64,000 bases of DNA from Eledone cirrhosa (Eukaryota). The stretch covers positions 69,006,001 to 69,070,000 of the forward strand of contig OZ024746.1 in NCBI GenBank assembly GCA_964016885.1, written 5' to 3'. A program made the position numbers and the translations under genes. The notes under the pieces were generated by a model that worked only from the letters and a program-made list of their open reading frames with translations, was not told the origin of the DNA and made no database searches. This document shows, piece by piece, positions 1 through 12,967 of this stretch; the stretch's first letter is position 1, and each line of letters starts with the position of its first letter.

Positions 1-364
1 AATTTGTTATTTTTTAAAACAAAATGAGGCAGTAAGGCAAATTTTCTTGTTGACTATGCCCTCCACTTAATCACGTTTGTATTTACACATAAGGATCACC
101 CTTGCTTGCTGACAGAATTGCTGTTGCTCTCAACAAATATGTAAATAAACTTCTCTCTATTTTGTGTTAAGCTGTCGTCGTGAAAGAGAAAAAATAGACC
201 ATCTGAATATCTGGCTGGTTGATAAGCTACTGTTCAATGAAAAACTCTTAAAAAGAAACTTCGATAAACTTGCTGAAGTTTCATTAATACAGTAAACACT
301 CCGTGTTTGGATGAAATGCTGTCTTTCAATAATTATTTAATCTGTTCGTGTTTACAACACACGC

Positions 365-706
365 TGACGTTCTGTCTATCTCCTCTCTTTTATCTATTTT
401 AATTGTCCATTCATACCTTTCTTTTTCTTTATCCTTCTCTTTTCTATATTTTCTATCTCTCTCTCCCCTCTTTTCTATTTCCTCTCTCTATATATATCTC
501 TCCCCTCTTTTCTATTTCTTCTCTCTCTCTATATATATATATATCTCCCCCTCTTTTCTATTTCCTCTCTCTCTATATATCTCTCCCCCTCTCTCTCACA
601 CTTTACTGTGTCCTCTCTCGCTCTATTTCTTTCTCACACTTTACTGTGTCCTCTCTCGCTCTATTTCTTTCTCACCCCCGAACGTAACTTTATCTCTCTC
701 TCTCTC
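365..706. repeat. CT-rich low-complexity tandem repeat
   Basis: Repeated ctctctctatatatatctcccctcttttctattt-like units; ORFs 348..722 and 403..687 merely translate it. Confidence 0.85.
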
Positions 707-1485
707 AACTATTAAAATATAAATAAAACGTTTATTTCGGCGTTTGTAAAGTGGTAACATCTGTCAGTAATATTACGGCACTCCTATCTTACACGGCTCT
801 ATATACATATATATTGAACACTATTAATGTTAATATAGAAACTATATAGTGAACCTTCAAATAAAATTGGACCTATACTTCAAATACTTTTTTTCTTCTA
901 TTTATAAGAATTTATTTTATAAGTCCCCCAGTTTCACCCATAATCCCCCTTATATACTTTAAAATTAACCCTGAACGAATTGCTAACAACATATATATGC
1001 ATACACAGATGTATAGTCACTCGCATGTGTCTATTATATATCGAAATAAAAACATCTCGATTTCATTGTTCAGTAAAAAAAAAAACTCAATGGAGGTAAA
1101 CACTTCCCCCTTCCCCACTAATTTCAAAAATTTAGAAAAAAAATTACGTTGATATGCTTTTTCTGACTGAAAACTGCTATTGAATTTTTGCGAATTAAAA
1201 TTCAGAATCTTCTAAATACCCTTCTAACATCAGTCTGGCGACGGGACTGATACAAACAAATACATCACGTTATTGATGGTGCTTCTATGTGGTCGGTGGA
1301 CCAGCTAGAAATATCCCTCAAATCACACCCAACCGTCTCTAAAAGAGGAGGACATACTGGATGAAATAGTCAGAGTATTACTGCTAACGAAAAACAATTG
1401 ACAAGATGGTTACGACTGGAATGTCTTGATCATAAGTCATCTCTATCTGGGTCGAATTATCATTAGTTGATTATGGTCCCTACAC

Positions 1486-2186
1486 CAGGGGTCTCAAACT
1501 CAAGGACTTAAAAGGGTCATTATGTCATGAGGGAGAGGCAGGGCCTCCAAGAAAAATGTTGCAAGGCGGTACAAGACCTGCTTTAGGGCCCGAAGCAGGC
1601 AAAGATTTTTCTCAAAATGGATGTTGTATGGTTGCTGTGGGGGCCTTCTTAGCTCTTGGGCCCCGGCTCGAACCCCTTCTCATAAGCCCTGGGGAAATGC
1701 ACAGCGGGCAAAAGGTGAGATGGGGTGTGAGAAGATAGTTTCCACGAATGATAGTAAGTCGGATATGTGAATTAGTACAAAATTTTGGCTCGGTTGTTCA
1801 CCCCTTCCTTCAGATTTTCTTTGTTTTAAACGAGGATTTGTTTGTTTGTTGTTTTAGTACTGTTTGGTATTCCTTCTTTTCTCCCTTCCCTACCCCTAAA
1901 CCTTTTCCTTACTTTCTTTATTTAATTTTTTCCCTCTTTCTTTTTTTTTTTTGTTATTGCAAACATTATATAACCGAATTGAAATTTGTCGATTAAATAA
2001 AAATAAAGTGTACAATAAATGTTATTAAAACAGGGAAAACAAAAGCAAAATTCAAAGGTTTATCACATTTAAAGAAATAAAAGATATCTTTTAAATCCAA
2101 ATCAAGAAACGAATATTAGTCATGAAAACTGTTCTGCCACGGGCCATGAAAAAGTAGTTTGCTGGCCGCGAGTTTGAGACTCCTTG
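1486..2186 (+). mobile_element. hAT (Charlie-like) MITE with nested insertion
   Basis: Terminal CAGGGGTCTCAAACTC ... GAGTTTGAGACTCCTTG; internal gtgaattagtacaaaattt shared with a partial copy at ~38583-38770; no clear TSD. Confidence 0.5.
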
Positions 2187-2330
2187 GGTGTTCTATTGGA
2201 ACAGGTTGCTCATGAAATTAACGTGCAAGCGGCTGAGCATTGTATCCCGAACGTAATTGTCATGGAGATTCAGCTTAATGCGATGTGACAAGGCTAGACC
2301 GTTGAACCACGGCTTAGTAGAGTGGAACAA

Positions 2331-2750
2331 TCTATATCTATACATAATATAAAAGAGAGGTGTTCGTTAGTTGGTTCTTTCGCGTATCACGCAAAAATAA
2401 AAACTGACAATCGAAAAGTGATGGAATAAAGGGATACACAGGAAGGTTTATTGATACTAATTTTATAACATCAAAGAAGAAGAAAAACATCCCGGGTATG
2501 CTAACCAACCTGATTTCTATTTCTAGCCGGTGAGGAGACAACCATAAGGGATTCTCTATGCCCGTTCGTTGTCAGTGATGATCGCGTTTCAAGCTTAGCA
2601 TCTCCGATTCGAACGCTGGTTTATACACACACAGACACATACACACATTCATACTGTAAACCAGACAACGCATTCAATACAAACGTTTTCTCTTCTACCG
2701 GTCTTCTCTTATCATCTGTTTACCTGGGCGAAGCCGGGTGCCTCGGCTAG
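2331..2750 (+). mobile_element. Non-autonomous Helitron
   Basis: A|TCTATATCTATACATAATATAAAAG 5' end; 3' subterminal hairpin CCTGGGCGAAGCCGGG followed by CTAG|T. Confidence 0.75.
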
Positions 2751-3559
2751 TATAACTTAAGAAAGATGTTCGTTGGTTTATTTGGTTGGTGTTCGTGCAT
2801 CACACAAAAACAAAAACTGACAATCGAAATGTAAGTACAGCAATGGAATAAGTGTATACCCAGGAAGGTTTATTGGTACTCATTTTATAAAATCAAAGAA
2901 GAAAAACATGCCAGATATACTAACCAACCCGACTGCTATTTCTAGCAGGTTGTCAGCTCGTGTTTCGCAGCGAGCGTCTCCGCGGATTCGAACACTGGTT
3001 TACACACACACACACAGTTATATATATATTTATCTATATTAATATAAAAGATTGGAACTCCCATTATCCTTTAGTGAAACCTGGACCCGCCACGTCTATG
3101 CAATGACACACGCTTAACAGTCAGGCGGATGATGAACCCCCCCCCCCCCCAGGGGTCACTATTCTTGGAGGCAATCAAAGAGAAAATGCATTTATTCCCA
3201 AGATTCCTCTTATCCCTTTCTCCTACCGAGCTGTCGTTCAAATTCTCAAGACTTCAGTTCCCTGTTAGAGCCAGTTTTGTTATGACCATAAATAAAGTCT
3301 CAGTCGTAGGACTGCATATAAGAGAATCGGTTTTTACTCATGGACAGTTATATGTAGGTTGTTCACGAATGGGGACACCTAGAAATCTTCAAATACTATG
3401 CACGAACGGTAAAAACGAAGAATCTGGTGTATCTGGAAGATTTTTTTACTTTTTTTTTTTTTTGTCGACACACCACGGCTTCGCTTCATACCAGACAATA
3501 CAGTCGTTTTCTCTTCTACCAGTCTTCTCTTACCAGGCAAAGCTGGGTACCTCAGCTAG
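2751..3559 (+). mobile_element. Second, composite Helitron copy carrying a Pif1 helicase fragment
   Basis: 2765-3015 repeats the 5' part of the 2331 element; new tctatattaatataaaag start near 3033; ends CCAGGCAAAGCTGGG...CTAG|T. Confidence 0.7.
3150..3430 (+). pseudogene. Helitron RepHel Pif1-family helicase C-terminal fragment
   Basis: FKFSRLQFPVRASFVMTINK..VVGLHIRESVFTHGQLYVGCSR matches Pif1 motifs V/VI; the SQGQ segment is deleted. Confidence 0.85.
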
Positions 3560-4179
3560 TGTGAAATAAAATGTTTTGCTGACGGACCAACGTGGCGCCT
3601 GAAATCGAACTTACAATCTTACGGTTGCGAGACAAACCTCCTAACGACTAAGCCACATGCTTTGACCTATTTCCAAGTGCCAGATTCTAAGACACGCTCG
3701 GTCTGCTTGAGAAGTCAACACAAAGTACAAAATAAAATGCACAATTTTTGATATTTTACTTCCATTGCTTTTCTTTCTTACCCTCCTATTAAAAAAGAAA
3801 CCTTACAGTTAATAGAAAACAGATAAACCTTTATCTTCGTTGCAATGGTTAACTGGTCTTGTTGATCTTGCAATGTATATAGACTACCATACAACAAATT
3901 TAGATTGATCAATGTTGTGCGCACTCTTTGATGTCGAGGATGTATGAGTATCCTGTCGCAGAATTTCCACATATCCTGTTGTTCACCCTAATTGACGTCG
4001 CAGTATTTCCACATAAAATATTTTATTCACAGTTAATTAGATTCTCCCCACCTATCTTTAAATCACACGCATATACGACAATGTCTTATTTTACACTTAA
4101 ACCAGGGGATATTGAATGTTTAACAGAATCGACATGACGTCAGACAAAATGACTTGGAGTGTTTTAGTGAAAGTAGTGT

Positions 4180-4290
4180 TTATGACCTCCCCACAGCCCA
4201 GGCGGATAGGATGGGGAAGGCGTTTCCTCGGAGGATGGTAAGGGAGATGTGCTGGAAGAGCCAATCTAACTCGCGAGGCTCTACATTTCT
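4180..4290 (-). pseudogene. C-terminal remnant of a CRE-like (restriction-endonuclease-type) non-LTR retrotransposon
   Basis: Minus-strand translation EPRELDWLFQHISLTILRGNAFPILSA resembles the CRE C-terminal motif LxQRISIAIQRGNA. Confidence 0.45.
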
Positions 4291-5080
4291 TTATGTTCTA
4301 ACTTTGAAACCCCATCAAGATCAACTATTTCCTTCTGAGGTTGAAAATAATCCGCAGCAGTGAAGTACTACTGTGTTGTTAAACTAACTGTACTTCCTCC
4401 CTGAAAATGTTAGGTTTTGTGCCTATCTGAGAGATCAATGTTGTTGGCGTTGATGTTGTTGTTGTTATTCGTTGGTTAGTAAAAATCAATATTACAAATG
4501 ATGGTGTGGTTTTCTAAGCAAATTGTAATTTAGTTGAATAATTGATTTAGATCTATGTTCATACAAATTTAATCCTAATCAATATTATCTTCTTCAGAGG
4601 GGTCGATATAATCGACTATATACCTCCTACCTACCTACACCAAATACAAATCTTGCATTAAAAACTATGTTGTTATTGCCCAGTTCCAAATCGTTTCCAG
4701 TCATGACCATCCTGAGTGAGTAGTTAAGTTATCACACAGACGTGTTATTTTTTAAAGCATCAAAATGATAAAAAAAAAAAAAGAACTTGAGGATTCTGAA
4801 ACCCTTTCGATAAGAGTTAAAATGGGTTACAATATCAATGTTCGATGAAGCCAACGAATTAGGTAAGTCACTGAAGTCACTTGACATGGTAGAGATAACA
4901 GTTAAATCTCCCATAAACCACATCCTATCGTCCGGAGTACACTATATATGTAAAAAGAAAGATAAGATGGTCGGTCACACGATTATAATGTCTTTGATAA
5001 ACCTGCTCAATTAGGGACGAGACAAGAATTAAACGAGACACTATAAATAAATAAACACTAACAAATGGCATCAAATTTCC

Positions 5081-5085
<5 letters not shown>

Positions 5086-5148
<63 letters not shown>
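5086..5148. repeat. (TA)n microsatellite
   Basis: Direct reading. Confidence 0.95.
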
Positions 5149-5151
<3 letters not shown>

Positions 5152-5197
5152 GGGGGGGGGGCAGAATAGGCTCACCCTAACTTTGTACCCACTAAAT

Positions 5198-5413
5198 CAG
5201 GGTTTCCCAAGCTGGGCGATTGGAAATTTTGGTGGATGATATAGAATTTTGAGTATTAAGAAGGTATTTCAACATATGTTACCTGAAAAAATATTCAAAA
5301 CGATGCTAAATGGAAATAACGGATGCTTTTGAATATTTACTATACAGGTGAGCAGTGGAAAATGTTTCCATGTGAAAGTGGACGATGACGCAAAGAAGGG
5401 TTGGGAACCCTTG
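5198..5413 (+). mobile_element. hAT-type MITE with 8-bp TSD
   Basis: TIRs CAGGGTTTCCCAA / TTGGGAACCCTTG; flanks cactaaat and caccaaat (7/8 match). Confidence 0.7.
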
Positions 5414-5895
5414 CACCAAATGGTCTCGTCCATCATCAAATCCCACTTCACACTCTTTTAACTTTGCGTTCATGTATTGGGTAAGCTACAAAAATGGGAC
5501 GAAAAGTTTAGATCAGCGAGAAAGTTATCAATTTTTCTCTTGATTTCAAGAACCCCCAACCGGAATCGTGCTATGACGGGTTCTTTCCGCCATTGATTCC
5601 TTGTGCTATATATATTATTTTAGCCACTAAGAATGTTGTGTTGCTGTTACAAATAATTATGTTCTAACAAGGTATTTATAATTTGGTTTGGCATGCTTTC
5701 ACATTACACATAAACATATATACATTACATTAGTTTATTTTCTCTGCAATTAATAAAGGGTCAAACATGTTTATTTTTTCCTACGACATTGTTACGTTAA
5801 TCTTAGATAGGGTAAATTTTTTTAAAATTAGTTGTTTTATTACGCAGTTTTTCTTCTTCTTTTTTTATTGATAAACAGTCTTTTGGTTTTCTGAA

Positions 5896-5900
5896 CTCTC

Positions 5901-5942
<42 letters not shown>

Positions 5943-5960
5943 TCTCTCCCTCTCCCTCTC

Positions 5961-6004
<44 letters not shown>
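5896..6004. repeat. (CT)n microsatellite
   Basis: Direct reading. Confidence 0.95.
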
Positions 6005-6007
<3 letters not shown>

Positions 6008-6400
6008 CAGACAGAGTTGATGGAGAGGCGAAATGTTTTGATGTCAGATTGAAAAAAAAAATAATAATCCATGATAAAATATGAAAATAATGAATTTACT
6101 ATCTGAATTTATTTATATAAAAGAATAGTCTGAATATAACTGAAGTATTTAATTTTAGAATGGGGAAGTACTATAAACAAGATAAGGCATAGTTTTAAGT
6201 AAGGTGACGCACCTTACCTACTTGGCTGAACGCTATGTAAATATATCGCAGTAATGCGAGAATAGTAATGTGGTTATTAGATTAATATACGTTAAGGGTT
6301 TTTGATAAATGGTCTCCCGAGATAATACTGGAGACATTTGACACAAAAAGATCACATTCGGAAATGAATAGCAAATACACACCCTAAAAAGAACAAATAA

Positions 6401-6602
6401 TTATTTCTAACATTGGCACAAAGGCAGCAATTTGGGAGAAGGGGAAGGTCGATTATATAGATTCCAGTACTTAACTGGTACTTCATTTTATCGATCCCGG
6501 AAGGATGAAAGGCAAAGCTAATCTCGGCGGGATTTGAACTCAGAACATAAAGAGCCGCAAAGCATTTTGTCCGACGCTCTACCGATACTGCCATCTACCA
6601 CC
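6401..6602 (-). mobile_element. tRNA-derived SINE with Nin-like central domain
   Basis: Reverse complement contains gttcaaatcccgccgag (B-box-like) and ttgcctttcatccttccgggatcgataaaatgaagtaccag; many related copies in the window. Confidence 0.75.
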
Positions 6603-7184
6603 CTTATCTATATGCTACTAAAACTCTGTGATTGTATGCTTGTCTGTAATTTAATACAGTCAAAAGAGCGCATAATGGGAAAATACTTTGAAAGGAAGTT
6701 GCCCCTGAAATGGGAATACAAATGGAATAAAACAAGTTTCGCGTAAATCGGAGTACGGATTCCCGAGATACGGAGTTTTTCCAGGTACTTTCATAAACAG
6801 AGAGAGGGAAAGATAGAGGCAAAGAGATAGTGGTTGTGAGAGAATAGATTGAAAGAGTGATATATATATAGAGAGAGAAGGAAAATGGAAGAGAGAGCTG
6901 GTGGTGTTGTTGTGTGTGTGAATATATATATATATGTATATATGTACACACACATATATATATATATACACATACACACATATATATAGACACATACATA
7001 TACACACATATATATACACGCACATGTATATTTCTGAAATAGCCGTCGAAACGGCTTGAGCTCTGCCGTCGAGGTCATACTTTTTCCTATTTCCCACTCT
7101 ACTACCCTAAGTATTGAGTACTCTGGTGCGTTATGGTCCATTTGGTTCCTTACCACAATTCTTTTGCTATATATATATATATAG

Positions 7185-7370
7185 TAATAATAATAATTTT
7201 GAAGATTAAAATCAAAAGAGGGCTCGATAAGGATAAATATATATCAAATATATAAGAACCATAGAGCAAATTTTTATTAAAATAACAGATTAAAGTTTAA
7301 GCAAAGAATCGCTGCTTTCACCCTTAACGGGATCTTCTGCAACTAACTTTAGGTTAGTTTCAAAAGATCC
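7185..7370 (-). mobile_element. Non-coding PLE pLTR-like repeat, same family as 10113-10770
   Basis: 7185-7347 is the near-identical reverse complement of ~10605-10768; flanked by (TA)n. Confidence 0.6.
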
Positions 7371-7481
<111 letters not shown>

Positions 7482-7632
7482 ATACTTTGGGAGGGTCATG
7501 TTGCCAATAAGAAACACACGCACTAGTTGCTTTCACTTCAATTTAATTTATTATATATTTATAAATTTACAAATTTATAAATTTCTGGTTGGTTGGTTGG
7601 TTCCACAACCAGATAGTTGTTTATATATATAT

Positions 7633-7677
7633 AGTCATAGTTCTTTCGTCACACACTCTGTGACCTCTTCAGTGACT
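7633..7677 (-). ncRNA. Minimal type I hammerhead ribozyme (mirror copy)
   Basis: Exact reverse complement of 9448-9492. Confidence 0.7.
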
Positions 7678-8300
7678 GGGGATTTCTTTCTTCGTTTCTG
7701 TGCCTTTCCTTTCTTCTATCCTACGCCATTTTGTTTGTGTGTGGGTTGCGTGCTCAGTTTGCGCATGCGCCACATCCGGGTGTCTGTGTGTGTTTGTGTT
7801 CATTTTTCTATTTTTCTATTTATATTTGTTTGTTTATTTATTTATTTATTGTTGGTTGGTTGTTTGTTCTATGTGTGTGTGTGTTTTCATTTTGTCTTGT
7901 GTGTGTTTTCATTTTGTGTGTGTTTTCAATTGTAAGTTGTTTGTTCTATGTGTGTGTGTGTTTTCATTTTGTCCTTAATTGTAAGTTGTGATGTTGCTGT
8001 TCCACTCATATTTTCTATTTAATTTTGGTTTTAATTCTTTTATGCTTACTGCCTCTGTAATTTGCCTAAACATTGCGTCTTTCTTGTGTGTGGATTCTAT
8101 TTTTATTTCTATGCTCTCTAATTTACCCCTGTGTTCTATCTTAGCATGTTGGTAGAGCACAGATGATTCTTTACTATCTTGGAGGTCTCGCCAGTGTTCA
8201 TTTATTCGTTCCCCTATACTACGAGCTGTCTCACCTATGTACACTATATTTTTGTTTCTACATTGTCCTTCAGTACATCTTATGCTATATACTACATTTC

Positions 8301-9150
8301 GGACCATACCAAAATCAACATACTGATTGCGGATTTGGTACGGGTGATGAGAAATGTGTCCCGCATGTGCAACCCCGAAGAACCAGAGAGACACATACAA
8401 CACTTCATCCACCGTATGCAGTTCTCTGGCTACAATCAGAGAGATAGAATCAGAGTGTATAAAGGAGCCAGAACCAAATGGAAAAAAATGGTAAATAATG
8501 ACATAAATGGGACCTGCCCCTTGTATAGGAGCAAATTTTGGAATAGAATAGAAAGAACTAAGAACAAGGCCAATAGAATAAACTCATGGTATGATAGCAA
8601 TAAATACCAGAGTGTAATGTTCATCAATACAACCCCTAGAGGCGAACTAGCCTACAAATTTAGAAGGGCCCTAAAGAAACATAATCTCAATATTAAGATA
8701 GTAGAAAGACCTGGTACCTCCGTAAAAACACTTATTAGCAAGACATACCCGTTCCAAAGACCCTCATGTATAGATAAGAAATGTATAACCTGTAAAATAA
8801 GCCCCCATATTAACTGTAAAACTAGAAATGTAGTATATAGCATAAGATGTACTGAAGGACAATGTAGAAACAAAAATATAGTGTACATAGGTGAGACAGC
8901 TCGTAGTATAGGGGAACGAATAAATGAACACTGGCGAGACCTCCAAGATAGTAAAGAATCATCTGTGCTCTACCAACATGCTAAGATAGAACACAGGGGT
9001 AAATTAGAGAGCATAGAAATAAAAATAGAATCCACACACAAGAAAGACGCAATGTTTAGGCAAATTACAGAGGCAGTAAGCATAAAAGAATTAAAACCAA
9101 AATTAAATAGAAAATATGAGTGGAACAGCAACATCACAACTTACAATTAA
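8301..9150 (+). pseudogene. PLE ORF C-terminus: RT thumb/linker, Cys-rich motif and GIY-YIG endonuclease
   Basis: C..C..C..NCKTRNVVYSIRC..C..VYIGETARSIGERINEH..RQITEAVSI..LNRKYEWN; the first ~41 aa of track ORF 8179..9150 come from the inverted arm. Confidence 0.9.
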
Positions 9151-9447
9151 GGACAAAATGAAAACACACACACACATAGAACAAACAACTTACAATTGAA
9201 AACACACACAAAATGAAAACACACACAAGACAAAATGAAAACACACACACACATAGAACAAACAACCAACCAACAATAAATAAATAAATAAACAAACAAA
9301 TATAAATAGAAAAATAGAAAAATGAACACAAACACACACAGACACCCGGATGTGGCGCATGCGCAAACTGAGCACGCAACCCACACACAAACAAAATGGC
9401 GTAGGATAGAAGAAAGGAAAGGCACAGAAACGAAGAAAGAAATCCCC

Positions 9448-9492
9448 AGTCACTGAAGAGGTCACAGAGTGTGTGACGAAAGAACTATGACT
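9448..9492 (+). ncRNA. Minimal type I hammerhead ribozyme
   Basis: AGTCA-CTGAAGA-G-GTCAC(agagtgt)GTGAC-GAA-AGAACT-A-TGACT: stem I AGTCA/TGACT, canonical core, stem II, 2-bp stem III. Confidence 0.7.
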
Positions 9493-9705
9493 ATATATAT
9501 ATAAACAACTATCTGGTTGTGGAACCAACCAACCAACCAGAAATTTATAAATTTGTAAATTTATAAATATATAATAAATTAAATTGAAGTGAAAGCAACT
9601 GGTGCGTGTGTTTCTTATTGGCAACATGACCCTCCCAAAGTATAACAATATCGGTTTCAACACACGATTTCAGATAAAGAATCTTGCTAAACAAATTCAG
9701 AAACG

Positions 9706-10112
<407 letters not shown>

Positions 10113-10767
10113 GAAAATAACAGATTAAAGTTTAAGCAAAGAATCGCTGCTTTCACCCTTAACGGGATCTTCTGAAACTAACAAAGTCAATCTGTAAACG
10201 CAGAACTGGATATTTCAAAAAACGTTGCAACCGGAGGAAGACAGGAAGACGATACTTTGGTTCGTGGAAACGTTCGCTGGCAAAGAACGGGAAAAAACGA
10301 ATAATACATCGGGGTCGATAAAATAAAGTACCAGTAATGCACTAGGTAATTTGCTGACCTTGTGCCTAAAGTAGAAACAATTAATAGGAGCGGTGAAAAT
10401 CAATTACGCGCAAAGACAGAACCACGCTACGTGGTTCTGTCTTTGCGCGTAATTGTTTTTCACCGCTCCTATTAATGACGTATTATTCGTTTTTTCCCGT
10501 TCTTTGCCAGTGAACGTTTCCACGAAACAAAGTATCGTCTTCCTGTCTTCCTCCGGTTGCAACGTTTTTTGAAATATCCAGTTCTGCGTTTACAGATTGA
10601 CTTTGTTAGTTTCAGAAGATCCCGTTAAGGGTGAAAGCAGCGATTCTTTGCTTAAACTTTAATCTGTTATTTTAATAAATATTTGCTCTACGGTTCTTAT
10701 ATATTTGATATATATTTTCCTTATCGAGCCCTCTTTGGATTTTAGTCTTCAATTTTATTATTATTAC

Positions 10768-10770
<3 letters not shown>
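10113..10770. repeat. Long fold-back (palindromic pLTR-like module) with a SINE fragment in the left arm
   Basis: Arms symmetric about accacg-cta-cgtggt near 10428; SINE fragment ~10308-10380 present only in the left arm. Confidence 0.85.
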
Positions 10771-10798
<28 letters not shown>

Positions 10799-10813
10799 AT
10801 ATATATATATATG

Positions 10814-10846
<33 letters not shown>

Positions 10847-10850
<4 letters not shown>

Positions 10851-12372
10851 TGGGCTTATACAAGCCATACCATAAGCCTGGAGAGTGCCTCTCTTATATT
10901 AATTATGCCTCCAACCACCCTAAGCAGACTCTCAACTCCATAGTCTATAGTATCTCACATAGAATCTCGAGACTATCCGCCAATGAGGATATCTTCAACC
11001 AAGCGGCTGATTACTACAATAGGGCCCTGATAAGCGCCGGCTTTAACCGAGGAATTTCCTACATCCCTAACGCTAGCTCTAGAAACCACCCCCCTCATAA
11101 AACTAACGTTATAGTAAGCCATACCTATAACCGATCACGCGGCGACCTCGTTAAAGTCGGATATAATAGAATAGATAACCGCACCAAAGATCACGTCCCC
11201 GGCGACGGTGAATACTGTAGATTACTCAAACTATTCCCCTATTACAAAACCAACAAAGGCGACGGCCTACTACCAACGCCTTCCAACCAACATCTTCGTG
11301 TACATAAACATGGAAGTGGTAGAAAGAGTGCACCCGAGCATAAAGTGAAAGGGGAACCGAACGGGCGACAGCGCATTAACACACATAAGAGCGATCACTT
11401 AGATGGAACCACCCGTAGCAAAAGTACAAGGACACGTAATCGCCACCGTAACGTCCTATGGCCCCCCCCCCCCCCTACTCTCGAAGTGTGGCCTCCAACA
11501 TACCCCGGATATTCTTCGAAGCCTTAGAGAAGAACTTCCCACCCAACCATAGGTATAGAAAAATTCTTAATAGGAATAATATAAAAATATCCTTCTCTAC
11601 TACTCCTAACCTAGCAGACATCATAGGAACAACGAACCACAGTAAGATCACCAAGACACAGCACCTCGACGCAGATGCACCTACACCTGACAATAACTGT
11701 ATCGGCCTTAACAACTCCCTGACAGCATCCAATAGTGTTGGCAACGGCATCCGCAGACGCAACCAGAATGACCGCGAAGTGACTGGGAAGCATGCAAAAC
11801 ATGGCGTGCGGAATAACAATCGCACCATCCCGCGTGCTGTGGGTTGTAATTGTGCTAACGACAGCTGCGGTAGCGCAGCTAACAACGTAGGCAGCAACAA
11901 TGATAGCCTTATCGTGGGAAATAGACGGAACAGCGACAGAAATTGCAACTGCCGCGACAGAGGACGGTGCCCCCTTAGAGGATACTGCTTGACCGATAGG
12001 GTTATATATAGATGCACTATTACTAGCCACAATAGCGTTAAACATTATATAGGGGCCACCTCCGGCCCGTTCAAAATTAGGTTTCGAACACATCTCCACT
12101 CTTTCACAAATAGAAAACTAAGGCACTCCACCTCGCTCGCGGACTACATCACATCACTAAAGGACTTAAACATTAGCTTCTCCACGCACTGGGAGATTGT
12201 CGACAGGGCTGCACCGTACAACTTCAAGAGGAAATGCGATCTTTGCCTCATGGAGCTCTACCACATCATAACTGCACCCCACGAGCTCATCAACAGCAGA
12301 GCTGAAACAGCGATAAGTTTAACACATCGCTTAAAAATATCCTTCTTTAGATGGGTTAAGAATGGAGAGTGA
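10847..12372 (+). pseudogene. PLE ORF (RT thumb plus GIY-YIG EN) split by one frameshift in a poly-C run
   Basis: Track ORFs 10793..11527 and 11458..12372 join at the C run 11462-11475; CNC..CPL.G.CL..VIY..HYIGATS..R..H..SF..STSL..WEI..CDLCL.E..N. Confidence 0.9.
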
Positions 12373-12620
12373 AATAACACACTGGATCTCCCTGCAACAA
12401 GTCTTAACACTCCGGCGGGCAGGCGCAGCAAAATAACACCCAGAAAACGATCCCTGCATACCAAAAATTATCCGGGAAAGACTGCCCTAACACCGGCCAA
12501 AGTTACCTCCCTTGACCTGCTGCAAAATCAAAACAAGATATTTTTGCGAACAATGAATCTTGATGTCGATTTAACCCCCAAATCTCTTTCCAAACTATAT
12601 AAGGAACACTTGTGACCGTT

Positions 12621-12666
12621 TATGCCCTTGAGAAGCCCAACTGGGCGAAACGTACGTAGGTGATAT
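12621..12666 (+). ncRNA. Minimal hammerhead ribozyme, U3-A8 core variant
   Basis: gccc-TTGAGAA-GCCC(aact)GGGC-GAA-ACGTACGT-A-ggtg; palindromic stem III, GUA cleavage triplet. Confidence 0.7.
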
Positions 12667-12877
12667 TTTCAATAAACATGTTTTAACGGTCTATTCTCCG
12701 ATTTTTCACTTTCCCGCGTGCTTACGCTCTGCTAACTCTCTAGCCCACTAAATATTAACACTTCGAATATTTAATACTGCCGGCACTAGTATCGAGCACC
12801 TTTGGCATACGCTACTTGGCAAATAACTATATGTATCACCTATCCCTCCTTTTTTTCTCTCTTTCTCGATACGTAAA

Positions 12878-12880
<3 letters not shown>

Positions 12881-12967
<87 letters not shown>

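Larger units (their letters stand above)
10847..12880 (+). mobile_element. Penelope-like element 2 (Naiad-like endonuclease), 5'-truncated
   Basis: YKPYHKP..YINYASNHP..I..RISRLSANEDIF thumb region, GIY-YIG domain, 3' hammerhead, (TA)n flanks. Confidence 0.9.

Noticed and set aside
7033-7075. Hammerhead-like gaaacggc..gccgtc hairpin
   Set aside because: Stem III and GUC are present, but there is no recognisable CUGANGA or UUGANAA core with stem II
7975-8412. Separate 145-aa GIY-YIG gene on the minus strand
   Set aside because: It is the inverted duplicate of 8825-9150 fused to antisense sequence at the 8300 junction
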